From the NCBI GenBank assembly GCA_020891255.1, contig BQFW01000015.1:1426001-1490000 (forward strand): a stretch of DNA of 64,000 nucleotides. The letters are read 5' to 3'. Positions 38,515 to 49,973 of the stretch are shown here, piece after piece (position 1 is the first letter of the stretch; each line of letters starts with the position of its first letter). Under the pieces are notes generated by a model. That model saw only the letters and a program-made list of their open reading frames with translations, was not told the origin of the DNA and did no database searches. The translations under genes were made by a program, and so were the position numbers. Source of the stretch: Entomortierella parvispora E1425 (lineage: Eukaryota > Fungi > Mortierellomycota).

Positions 38515-40914
38515 TTAACTATGGTCATGCAAAACCTTGATCGCATTGGCTGCACCGGCGAGGCCAAAGACAATCCAAGCCAGTTGAGATCCCATATGAT
38601 GAGCAGAGCGACCAAGGATCTTTTCTCCCAGATCACTGTCGAGGATGCCAAGGTGCTCCATCAGTCCGTTAAAGTAGCCGCATTGGAGCAACTGTGAGGT
38701 CAGAAGGCCGGCAAAGAGGGTGTGGAGAGCAACACGTGAGAATCCAGCCAGTTCAAGGAGAACCAACAACATCATGGTCATAGGCACGACAGACGTGAAT
38801 TTTGATAACACTGCATGGAAAGAGTTGTCGTGGTGTCCAGAATGACTCAAGTGGCCGTGAGAATGGGTGTGGCCCGAAAGCTCATCGTCTGATTTATAAA
38901 ATAAAAAAATAAAAAAATGGAGATTAATGTCCCAAGTCAAACGATCCGTTTGGTACAGTGCGGCAAGTTTTTGCAAATGATACTTACGATGACCGTGCCT
39001 GTTGTGGTTGTCATGCTCATGGTGCTCGTGATGATCGTGGGAGGAAGAAGACCCCTGACTATGACGACGTCCATGTTTGGTGACATGCAAGTTGCCATGA
39101 GATTTTGTGTACCCAGCCACTCCATGCCTGCGACCCAACCAAATCTTGCGGGCCAAGCACAAAAAGTACAACGCAGTCAAAGCACCATAGAAAGAATTGA
39201 CGTCGTGATGGCCACTGGAGCTGTGCTGACCAAACAAGTTCGTGTTGGCATCATCCAACAGTTGCTGGTAAGAGTCATGGACCTTGGCAAAAGGGGTTGC
39301 AGCGCCCCACATGGCGTTGACTGATGCTGACGCCTTGTCATACTTGCTCGAAGCCTTGTGGCGGATAGCATCGGCGGACTTTCTGGCCTCATTGAGTTTA
39401 CGATTGGCGTCATCGCGGAGACTCTTGCCGCCCTCAGCTGCCTGGCGAACAACCGACGAGGCTGACTTGGAAGCCTGGTGAGAAATGGAAGAGCCAGACT
39501 TGCGAGCTGCCTCTGCGGCCTGCTCGAGCCTTGTCTTGAGATGGGAGGTCTCCTTGTTGAAAGACTCAACCGCGTTGTCATAGGCATTTTTAGGCGCAGA
39601 CTTGATCTTGTTCTCGGCCTCCTTGAGAGAATCTGAAAAGGACTTGGAGGCATCCTGAATCGCCTTCAAGAGCTTGGACTTGTCAGAGTCATTCTTGGAC
39701 AATCGGAGAGCATCCTTGACGTTGGTGCGGGCTTGATTGACAGACCTTTGTAAGCTGCTAATCAAGGCATTGTAGGCCTCTGTGCGCGAGTTCTTGACAC
39801 CCTTCAAAGCGTTCTTGAAGACGCGCTCGTACTGGCTCTTGGTGTCGCCGGCATTGTCAATCACGGCATTCCATTGCGAGGTCAACCATGAATCAGTCTG
39901 CTCCTCGTGGTACTTGGCCTCGTTCAGCTTTCCCTTGAGCTTCTCGGCAACAGTGTCGAGCTCTTCCAGAGCACCCTTTTCACTGCGGGCGATACGATCA
40001 AGAACATTATGATAGTAGTCCTTGACGGATTTCAATGTAGAATCAAATGCACCGGTTGAAGAGGGAGCGGACTTTGCCTTGGAGCCGGCTTGCTGCAAAA
40101 GACCTGCAAGGATGCCATGGACCTTATCCACAGGCAAGTGTTTCTTCTCCAGGGTCTTGAGGCCACCATGAGCGTGGCTATTGCGACTAGGGTGATCCCA
40201 GATCTCGCGACAGTCCCAACCAGAATCAGCAGCAGGGTTTTGGCGACTAAACCAGTACTGAGAGCTGGGACTACAGGCATACTTGGGAGGGTTGAAGGCC
40301 AGAGAGTCGACTGCGGCCTTGAACTTATCCCACCTCTTGTGGGTGATCTCGCTGGAATGTTCGTCCTTGACTTCACCGACCTCCTTCTGGGTGCAGTCAG
40401 CCTGCTGGAACCATCTAGACCGAGCCTTCTCATGGGCATCTTCATGGACTTTTTCTGCGGCAGCCAAAGCTTCCTTATACTTTTGTTCAGCAGCCTCGAA
40501 AACCTCACGCGCCTCCTTCTTGTAACCAAACATGGCCCATTTGGCCTCTTGGGCAGCTTCGTCACGGGCCTTCTTGGCTTGGAGGACAAGCTCCTTTGCG
40601 GATTCGTCTGCGTCTTTGGTCAACGATTTCCAATAGTCGTACGCGCGACGCATCACAGAGTTGGATCCAAAGACAGTGGGGTCGGCGTGGTGGTCAATAT
40701 GAGCATCTTCAGAGTCGTCGTCACTCTCTGCTCCAGCGTGAGAGGGGAACCAATAGTCTCGAAGGGTCTTTTTGACTCCTTCAACAACACCTCCGTGGTG
40801 CTTGTCATCAGCAATGACTTCTTCATGTTCAGAGACGATGGTAGTAGTACGAGCCACAATGGTAGTGGTGGCGTCGTTTCTGATAGTGTGGGTGCTAATT
40901 GTTTCTGCGCCCAT
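38515..40914 (-). CDS. Large LEA-like/apolipophorin-like helical protein with C-terminal TM segments and His-rich loops
   Basis: Likely start MGAETISTHT at 40914; the upstream part of the 903-aa ORF reads as promoter/UTR. About 550 aa are A/K/E/S-rich helices. TM-like segments: FYGALTALYFLCLA, VVPMTMMLLVLLELAGF, VALHTLFAGLL, LAWIVFGLAGAA. One 99-nt intron at 38889-38987. Confidence 0.7.
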   Translation of the reverse strand: MGAETISTHTIRNDATTTIVARTTTIVSEHEEVIADDKHHGGVVEGVKKTLRDYWFPSHAGAESDDDSEDAHIDHHADPTVFGSNSVMRRAYDYWKSLTKDADESAKELVLQAKKARDEAAQEAKWAMFGYKKEAREVFEAAEQKYKEALAAAEKVHEDAHEKARSRWFQQADCTQKEVGEVKDEHSSEITHKRWDKFKAAVDSLAFNPPKYACSPSSQYWFSRQNPAADSGWDCREIWDHPSRNSHAHGGLKTLEKKHLPVDKVHGILAGLLQQAGSKAKSAPSSTGAFDSTLKSVKDYYHNVLDRIARSEKGALEELDTVAEKLKGKLNEAKYHEEQTDSWLTSQWNAVIDNAGDTKSQYERVFKNALKGVKNSRTEAYNALISSLQRSVNQARTNVKDALRLSKNDSDKSKLLKAIQDASKSFSDSLKEAENKIKSAPKNAYDNAVESFNKETSHLKTRLEQAAEAARKSGSSISHQASKSASSVVRQAAEGGKSLRDDANRKLNEARKSADAIRHKASSKYDKASASVNAMWGAATPFAKVHDSYQQLLDDANTNLFGQHSSSGHHDVNSFYGALTALYFLCLARKIWLGRRHGVAGYTKSHGNLHVTKHGRRHSQGSSSSHDHHEHHEHDNHNRHGHRKYHLQKLAALYQTDRLTWDINLHFFIFLFYKSDDELSGHTHSHGHLSHSGHHDNSFHAVLSKFTSVVPMTMMLLVLLELAGFSRVALHTLFAGLLTSQLLQCGYFNGLMEHLGILDSDLGEKILGRSAHHMGSQLAWIVFGLAGAANAIKVLHDHS

Positions 40915-41618
40915 CCTGGCTATTGATTGCTGATACGGTGTGTAAAGTGGTGGGAAGGTGTGATAGGATATGGCAACGTGAAGCAAGGGTGAGGGAGGCA
41001 AGAGAGTTTTCGCGATTCGCGTTTTTTTTTCTTGGCTCGATGCTGATCTGACACTTTTTTTTCTCTCTGGTCTCACACTGAACATGACAAAGCCACCGTC
41101 TTTTTTTTTTCTTTTTTCTTTTTTGGTGGCAAAGAAATCTGGTTCTGCTTTGTTGGGCGAAATGAGAAAAATGTACACCTGCGTGACCTCGACGCTCTTT
41201 GAACCCATTGGGTCAAATCGGCTCACTCTGACTGCCGTTGACGCAAGGCTGCCGGATCACTTTTAGCACCGCTATCAGGCTGTCGGGTTTTCGGTGAATG
41301 GAGTCGTTTTCAAGTTTTTTGACAGTGACACCAAAGGGGAAAAAAGATGGAAGTGATCGAAAACACACGGTTGCTCTCCTCCACAAGGCCGACCTGCGCA
41401 TCCGGAGTTTAGGTTCCTCCATTGTTCCCTTCAGTTCTTGTTCTTCTTCCCCCACTTGTTCCCATTCTGAGTATATAATCCTGACTACTCCCTTTCTCTT
41501 CCTCTCTCTCTCTCTTTTTTTCTTCTGTTTTACCATCCAACCACAATCCTACCTTCTCCCCGTACACTTGAACTTCAAGTTCTCACAACAAAACCCCTAT
41601 CATAGACACAAAACAGGC

Positions 41619-43515
41619 ATGGCAACCATTGAAGTCAACATCGCCAATTATGGTACCTTGCTCGGCTCTGTCGACGAGGAGCGTCAGGTGGCCGTCTTCA
41701 AGAACGTACCATATGCCGTCGTCCCTAAACGTTGGCGCCCAGCTGTGAAAGTCCAGCCTTGGAGCGGAGTGCGCGATGCCACGAAGCAGGGGTAGGAAAA
41801 TAGATGAATGGTCCACCAATTGAATTTCTTCCCACGGATAGCATTGACATTGACACCACCGCTCCGTGTCGCTTTCCTTCCAGGCCTGTATGCCCCCAGA
41901 TGGATTCAAAGTACCCACTGGCTCAAATCTTGCCGGAGGAGGAACTCAAAGTTGGCGACGGCAAGAACGCATTTGGACTGGACTTTGATGAGCACCAATG
42001 CCTGAACTTGAACATCTTTGTGCCTCTGGACTCACTCAAGGAGGGTGCCAAGCCTGTGCCTGTCATGAGCTGGGTTCATGGTGGTGCTTGCCGTGATGGC
42101 TCCAATGGCACGCCCCTTTATGGTAATATTTGAGCTTCTGAGAACCCGGCTCGGGTGGCACACCTTGCAACAGCCCACTGACCCACCACCATTGCTTTTT
42201 TTATTTTTTTTTATCTATATACCTTCCTCCTTTAGATGCCAGAAACGTGGTGAAGCGATCCATTCAATTGAACCAGCCTGTAATTGTCGTCGCCTTGAAC
42301 TACCGTCTGAACGTTTTTGGCTTCTTGGCCTCCAAAGAGCTCGAGGAAGAGTTGCAAGAGGAGATTGCCTCGTCTTCCGAACCTGTGCCCGAATACGACC
42401 AATCAGTTGGCAATTGGGGCCTCATGGACCAGAAAATGGCCTTTGAGTGGGTTCGTGAGAATATCTCGGCCTTTGGAGGCAATGCAAGGAACGTTACCGC
42501 CTTTGGTGAATCGGCTGGGTCGATCACGATCCACTATCATATGCTGTGCCCCTCCCACTTTGGGCTTTTTGATCATGCCATCATGCAGTCTGGAACGATT
42601 CATACCATGCGTCCCGGTCATGCCAATACGGATGGCCAAGCTATCTTTGACGGTCTGTTAAAGAAGTTGAACATCCCCTCGGATTTGGATGCAAAGGAAA
42701 AAGTCAGACGGTTGCGAGCTATTCCCGAGGACGAGATCACGCTCGCAGGCTCAGAGTTTTCGATTCCCGGTTATCAACCTTACTACGACAATGGCAAGAT
42801 CGTTCCTTCCAAGATCTCGTTGCAGCTCTTGGCCCTGGACCCTGCGGCCTATGACCCTAACCTCAAGTCTGTCCTCATTGGTGCCAACAAGAATGAAGGG
42901 TCTGCCTTTGCGTCCATGTTCGGAGAGCTTAACCTCACCAACTGGCCTACCCTGCACCAAAGGTATTGCCCAGCTCCTGAGCTGAACCCAGTCTTTGAGG
43001 CGGTTTATGGCGTACCCAACACAGATAAAGACGTTGTCAGGATCTCGGCCGACTGGATGGGTGATTACCTGTTTGGTTTCCCCGTTCAGCGAGTCAACCA
43101 GGCATTCATGGCTTTGCAAAAGCAAAAGCCCGAGTCCTTCCAAGTAACCCGCTACCATTTCGATGCAGAGATTCAAAAGCTCAAGGACATGTTCCCAGGC
43201 CTGGGAGCGCTTCATGCTGGTGAACTGCCCTTTGTTTTCGGGCCACCTCTGGTCGAGACGGCCTTGACCGAGAAGGAGTTAAGTTTGAGTGCAGAGATGC
43301 AGAGGATCTGGATTGCGTTTGCGAATCAGGCACCTCTTGCTGTCGAGGATGGCCAGGTTCCCAAGACGAATGAGGCCCTGATCTGGACTGCGGGTCATGG
43401 ACTTGAGATCGGGGAGAGTACTCGATTCAGCGAGCATGGCCTTCTTTTCTGGGATAAGGTGGCCGGGCTCCTTGCTCAGAAGGATCAGGCTCTTTTGCTC
43501 CAGCGAGAGAAATAG
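41619..43515 (+). CDS. Type-B carboxylesterase, no signal peptide
   Basis: FKNVPYA, CLNLNIFVP, VMSWVHGGA, LNYRLNVFGFL, NWGLMDQ; nucleophile GESAG, acid NKNEG, base ALHAGEL. Two GT-AG introns. Confidence 0.95.
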
Positions 43516-44077
43516 AAAGAAGACAATGAAGGCGTCGAAATACCCCAGTGAACAATAAAAAAAAAGCCTCAGGCTCAGTTCACAGCAGCGAACATATTCC
43601 CAAGCTTTTGTACCAGCATGGGGGCGCGCGCAACAGCCAATGGGCTCCTGTGGACAGAGCGGGCCTTCGCGCATTGCGACATGTACGATTGCGCGCCCTG
43701 TGCGCCCTGTGCGCCTTGCAGCAGGGTTCGTCACCATCATTATGATGACGGGGAGAAGGAAAGGAAAACTCTGCACAAACCCAAGATAGGAGAGCAGGCA
43801 TGATACGTCCAATTGACATTTTGCTCCGACTGATCTTCTACAGATCCACCAAATGCACTGGATCCATAAGGACTCGCCCAAGCTTTGGCCCGCGTGTGGT
43901 GGTGAGACAAGCAAATTGACCGCTTTTTTTGATGACCGCATCGACCTCTTTCTTTTTCGATATAAGGTGCTGGTCGTCCCTGGTCTTTCCCTCTTTTGTT
44001 TTCCACCTAACCATTTTTGTTTAAGCAAGCGCATCTTCCAACCTTCCCTCCTCCTCCACCAAGAAACGCTCCTTACC

Positions 44078-46097
44078 ATGGCCCCAACAAACAAGCACAA
44101 ACACGAAAATGTCACAATGTTCCAGTTCTTTGAATGGTACACTCCCACCGACCACCAGCATTGGATCCGTCTTCGTGAACAGGCGTCTCTTCTCGCTTCC
44201 CTCGGTCTGACAGCCATCTGGCTTCCTCCCCCTACTAAGGGCAGGTAACGTAGCAGTGTCGTACTGAAGTAGCATCCCTTCCTAGCTTTACCTTTTCGAT
44301 ATATCTAACTCCATGCTCCCATTTTTTATATTCAATGAACAGTGCTCCTAACGATGTCGGTTATGCCGTCTATGACCTGTGGGATATGGGTGAATTTGAC
44401 CAAAAAGGAACCATTCCAACAAAATACGGCACCAAAGATGAGCTCAAGGAGGCCATCGCGGAATGTAAGAAGCATGGCATCCAGATCTACTTTGATGCTG
44501 TCTTGAACCACAAGGCTTCGGGCGACGAGACTCAGACCTTCAAGGCAGTTGCCGTGGCTGAGGATGATCGAAACCAAGAGATCGAGGCCCCTCATGATAT
44601 CAAAGCCTACACCAAGTTTACATTCCCTGGTCGTCAAAACAAGTATTCCGACTTCCAATGGAGCCACGAGCACTTTTCAGGCACAGACTGGGATGCCAAG
44701 GCTGAACGTTCGGTAAGTCCAGAGTTTGCCAATGCTGATTTTTCAATTGATGACGAGACAAAGGTCCATCCTCTCACTGTGATTTTCTCTTTCTCCATCC
44801 TCTCAGGCCGTATTCAAGATCAAAGGAGAAAACAAGAGCTTCTCGGAGGATGTTGATAACGAGAAGGGCAACTTTGATTACCTGATGTGCTGCAATATCG
44901 ACTACAAACACCCCGATGTCGTGGCCGAGACGGAAAAGTGGGCAATGTGGTGCGTCAATGAGTTTGGTATCGACGGCATTCGAATCGATGCGGCCAAGCA
45001 CATCAGTTTCGGATTCATTACCCATCTCCTGACCCATATTCGTCAGGAGTCCAACAATCCAGACTTTTTCGCAGTTGGGTAGCGTATCCACTCGCCCTTC
45101 TTTTGCCAGACCTCTTTTTTTGTGTGTGTGTTGTGTGTTACAGACACTAACTTGCTTTTTCATCTTGGTCATTTCATTCCGTTGTAGAGAGTACTGGGTT
45201 CAAGACGTTGGTGATTTGGAGGCCCGAGTAGAGAATGAAGATCCCAATAGCAAGTACGCCAATGGTAACATCCACTTGTTTGATGTGCCGTTGCACTTCA
45301 ACTTTGCCAAGGCCGCAAGCGAGGGTCCTTCCTATGACTTGAGAACCATTTTTGATGGAAGCTTGGTGAAGACCGCGCCTGCCAGTGCTGTCACCTTTAT
45401 CGATAACCACGATACACAACCTTACCAAGCCCTGGAGAGCTATGTTCAGCCTTGGTTCAAGCCCTTGGCTGCTGCATTGATTTGTCTTCGATTTGATGGA
45501 TACCCTTGCTTGTTCTATGGAGATTTCTATGGCATCGAACCCAAGAGCCCCGAGGAACCCGATACAGCCATTCCTGGTCGTAAAGAAATGTTCTCGCGAA
45601 TGCTGTTGGCTCGTAAAGAGTTTGCGTATGGTTCTCAAGATGATTATCTGAACCATTCTAACTGTATCGGTTGGGTCCGCCATGGAGACGAACACCACCC
45701 CAAGGGATTGGCCGTGGTCATGTCAAATTCGAACGCCAAGGGCTACAAAAAGATGAACGTGGGCGCACACCGCGCGGGTCAGGTCTGGGTTGACATGATG
45801 GGTTACTGGCAAGATCCAGTGACGATCTCAAACGAGGGCTGGGCCAAGTTCCATTGCCATGCCGGATCGGTCAGTCTTTGGGTGGAAAAAGAAGAAGGGA
45901 AGCACTGGATTACGGTTGAGGAATCGAGTCCCGGGGACAAGGAAAAACATTTGCAGGAGGAGCAGTACGCCAGAGACCATGCAGATGATGAAAGTTCAGA
46001 TGAGGAAGAACAAGTGTTTGAGGCCGAGCACCCAGATTTGCCAAAGCCATTGGACACCTGGGATCATCTTTTGCAAGATGACCACGATGAGGCATAG
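44078..46097 (+). CDS. Intracellular alpha-amylase, GH13 subfamily 5 type
   Basis: TMFQFFEWY, IWLPPP, VGYAVYDLWDMGEFDQKGTIPTKYGT, DAVLNHK, NFDYLM; catalytic DGIRIDAAKH, VGEYW and FIDNHD; FYGDFYG. No signal peptide. Confidence 0.95.
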
Positions 46098-46537
46098 CGT
46101 TGGAACTCATGTTGCACAGAATAAATAAAAAATACCCCGCCCCAAACGGTTGTTGTGTAAGAGCAAAAGAAGTGTAAGACAAATGCAGGGCATATGCACT
46201 AGAATCACCAGAGCGGGGATGAAATGAAAAAGCAAAAGGGCTTGGGACCCTTTCAAGAATGAGCAACTGAGCAGGATTTGCTCACAACACCAGGATGCCA
46301 CTTTGATAGATATAGTCCATTTGAAGATTGAACCAAGCAAACTAACACAAGAAAGGGAAATGGAAAAGAAAGGGGAGCGGATCCCTCTGGGCCAATCAAC
46401 GACAACGGTATTATTGTCTCTTGGTTCTCGACCACTTTTTTGCATTTATAGCCCGTCTTCCCTGTCCCTAAATACTCTTTCTTTTGTTCTCCTCCACTTC
46501 CTTCTCTCTCAGCCCACTCCTGCCCTCTCCCAACACA

Positions 46538-48047
46538 ATGAAGTCCGCGGCAACGACGACGACGACAAGACCAGGCAGCTGGCGATCCATCCTTGCATCG
46601 CGACCTGTGGTCATGGCCCTGACAACAATCACTTTCATGGTCCTCTACTACCAAACGCTCAGCAACATCCAGATTGACCGGTCAGCAGACTGTGGCACTG
46701 CCAGCTGTACCAGCAACAACAACAACATCATCAACAACCACAAAAACATTGACGGCAACAGCAATGGCATCTCGTGGTTGCAGCTCTCTCCTGAAGAAGC
46801 ACAAACAGGGGACGTCAAGTCTTCGACTACAGATACTGGTATCGACGGCGGTGGAAGACTCGGCGTGTACCCTGGTCGTAGACCCAAGACTGTTCAATAT
46901 ATCCTTCACGAAGCCCACAAACGTTATGAGCGCATGCTGAAGAAGCGACAGGAGATGCTGGACTTTTACGGCTGGGGCAAGAGGTAAACAGCAAGACAGA
47001 CAGGCGGAAAGGCTGACAATGGCCTGGAACGTTAACATGACAAGACGGGGAGGATGGAGGGGCCGGGGGTGTGTCAAGACTATTCAAAGCAAGAGGGATG
47101 CATACATTCACCACACTCTCCTGGTCTCTGTGCATCAGTGTTAGCTTCCAAGGAGTCTTCAGCGGTCCCCCCCCCCCCCCTTTTTTTTTTCTCTCTTTTC
47201 ACTAACACGCTCATCCATGCTTTAAACTATTTAGTGGCTTCACCGAATGGCACAGGGTCGGATATTTTTGGCTCTACTTCCCAGCCTCGTTTTCATGCCC
47301 TCACGAGATCGAGCGTGTTGGACCTTTGGATGATGGTGGTAAATGGGTCTGTGGATTGTCCCTTTACGAGGAACAGCCTCGTGCAAAGTGTGTCATGTAC
47401 TCTTTTGGCGTCAACCATGAGACTCGCTTCGAAGGAGAGATGCTTGATCGAACCGACTGCGAGATCTGGGCCTATGATGCCTCCGTTAACCAAATGGGAC
47501 CAGGTAAAACAGAGCTGCATGGCACTGAGGAGGTTATTTGTGGACGCAGCAAACAGGGTTCTAATATTATGTTTTGATGGGGTCTCTCTTTCCCCTGTTT
47601 TCTTTTATGACTCTAGAAACCCAAGGTCGTCCCAAGGTCCATTTCACTTCTGTGTATGTTGGCAAGGAGGACAGGGTCGACCCTCAAGGCAACAACTGGA
47701 AGACGATCAAGACTTTGATGGCCGAAAATGGACATGACTGGATCGATATCCTCAAGATTGATATTGAACACAACGAGTACCAGACCCTGAACAGACTCAT
47801 GGATGATTACGAAGGAGGTACATTGCCCTTCTCTCAACTCTTGATCGAGATCCATGTCGACCCTCAGTTCATCCAGTTTGTGGACTTTAAGCGCTTCTGG
47901 GAGCGACTCGAGGGTTTTGGCGTCTTCCCCTGGTGGACAGAAGTGAACCTGGTCCCTGTCATGTTTGGTGATAAGCCCTACGCAAGCGAGTATTGCTGGA
48001 TTAACACCAAGGGAGGCGCTAAGAACATCCTGATCCATAACTTCTAG
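46538..48047 (+). CDS. Type II membrane Methyltransf_22/METTL24-like SAM-dependent methyltransferase
   Basis: N-terminal anchor VVMALTTITFMVLYY; then FSCPHEIERVGPLDDGGKWVCG, YSFGVNHETRFE, IWAYDAS, IDILKIDIEHNEY, QLLIEIH. Confidence 0.85.
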
Positions 48048-48318
48048 AAAAACCACTGCATCGTCTCATATAAACATTCAATACCCCATCCTGGTCAGTA
48101 TGACATCCACTGGTTTTCACTTAGTTTCGCTCTATTCGAATCGAGGTTGTCGCCATTGTGGGCCAAAAACAAAAATCAAGGGGTGAAGTATAGGCAGCAC
48201 AGGAGGGGATAAATACCCTCGTTGAAAATTTTATTCTTCGCACATCGCGGTAGTCATTTGTGGGATCTGGAGCAAGGAATAAAGATGATCAACAGGTGGC
48301 TGGCACAAGATGGCCTCT

Positions 48319-49973
48319 TTAAGCAGAGAGCTTCTCGAGGGCATCGACCAAGGTCAGCATGTCAGTCTTGATGCTCTGAGCATAGCGGATGACCTTCTCC
48401 TTCGAGTCCAAGATCTCAATGCTCTCAGTGTAAGCGTTGTAACGGACAGAGAAGGGGCGGTTGCAAGAGTTGGCAAACTCGCGGACACGCATCTGTGCAT
48501 CCTTGAACGACTCGGCAACAAAGTAAACGGGCTGGTACTCAGTGATAGGGTACTTTTGCTGGGCAACCTTGGCAGGCTCAAAAGGACGGATCTCGGGCTT
48601 GTCACTCAGGCAGTACTCGAGCTCACCAAACGAAGACAAAAGACCGGCACCGTAGGCACGAACCTCATCGCCCTGTCTGCAGATACCAAACTCGACAGTG
48701 AACCAGTAAATAGTAGCCAATCTCTCAATATCCTCATCCGTAGCACCCAAGGAGGCGAGACCAATCTCTTGCGAGAAATCAGCAAAGTCAGGGTTGGCAA
48801 ACAAGGGAACATGGCCCAACAATTCGTGGCAGACATCGGGTTCAGGAGTGTACAAGGGCTTGGAGTGGTGGCGGATATACTGGGTCGAGTGGAAAACACG
48901 GAAGGCAAGGCCGTTGAGGAAATCACGGCTGGTCAAAAGACCCATGACAGGTCGCAAAGTGAAGCCGGTGCAGTCCTTCAAGAACTTGGAGACGACTTCA
49001 AGCTGGGGGATGTTGTGGGGACCATATCCACAGTTCTGGATCAAAAGAGGGAACACATACTGGTGCTCGCGGCAAGCGTGCGAGGGGAACATGCCAGTCA
49101 ACTTGTTGAAGACAGCAGCCCAGGTCTGGACCTCGAGAGAAGTGTACTCGACATGGGGGATGGGCTGACCACTATTCACAAGTAAGATCGATCCAGTAAG
49201 AACAATGTCGATGTCATAATCAAAAAAGGTTGAGCAGAGAACAGTAGGATACATACGTCTTGTAGGTCTTTGCGATCTTTGTGATCTCGGCGCGACGAGC
49301 ACGGTACTCAGCATCCTTGGCACCGGGATGGTCAGAGTCGAGCTCCTCACCCATCTCGAGGACCTTGTCGGCAAAGGTGTCGAGGTCACCCATCTTGCGG
49401 GGGAACCAAGGGACGGACTCGGGCAAGTCGGCTATGAAGAAATCATTGGTTGATTAATTTCCATACCAACCAGTGACCACGCCCTGTTGTTGGGGGTACA
49501 CAGAAAGCAGGGAGCATGTGGGGGAACACAAGAAGATGGACATACCAGAGGTGCTGGAGGCACCGCCATTGCCGACAATGTGAACCTGCTTGGCAATAGG
49601 CTCGAGGGACTTTGCGACACGGCTAACCTGCTCGGAGCTCTCGGCATCAAAGTCGACAAAGAAGTCGTAGTCCCAGTCGGCGGTCTTGGAGGGGCGGCTG
49701 TTTTCATGCGAGACAAAAAATGTCGGATAAAAGGTCAGACCGGCCCAGGAACACACGGAGAAAAAGCAATGAATGACGCAGCGGATCATTCAAGGAGAAA
49801 GTAGCAAGAACTTACGACTCGATGCGGGTCAAAGAGATGTTCATGGAGCGGATGGCAGCAAGGCACTCGTCGAGAGCTCCGACCTTGTCGGTGATCGAGA
49901 AGTGGATGGTGGTCTTGATGGGCGACGACGTGGCGTCGGTGCACTTGTGGAGGTGGCTGGCAGCGGCAGACAT
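48319..49973 (-). CDS. PAH: Phenylalanine 4-hydroxylase (BH4-dependent, with ACT domain)
   Basis: ACT domain ISLTRIES|RPSK..YDFFVDF; [72 protein letters not shown]. Confidence 0.96.

Noticed and set aside
40915-41226. N-terminal 104 aa of the 903-aa ORF
   Set aside because: The DNA is T/CT-rich promoter/UTR-like and the translation is FFLF/KKKK-type noise; the ATG at 40914 is the more plausible start.
43690-43720. Short tandem repeats (TGCGCCCTG x3; CTACAGC x3 near 61460; GAAT array near 32240) as CRISPR-like or mobile-element signatures
   Set aside because: Simple slippage repeats with no spacers, terminal inverted repeats or transposase nearby.
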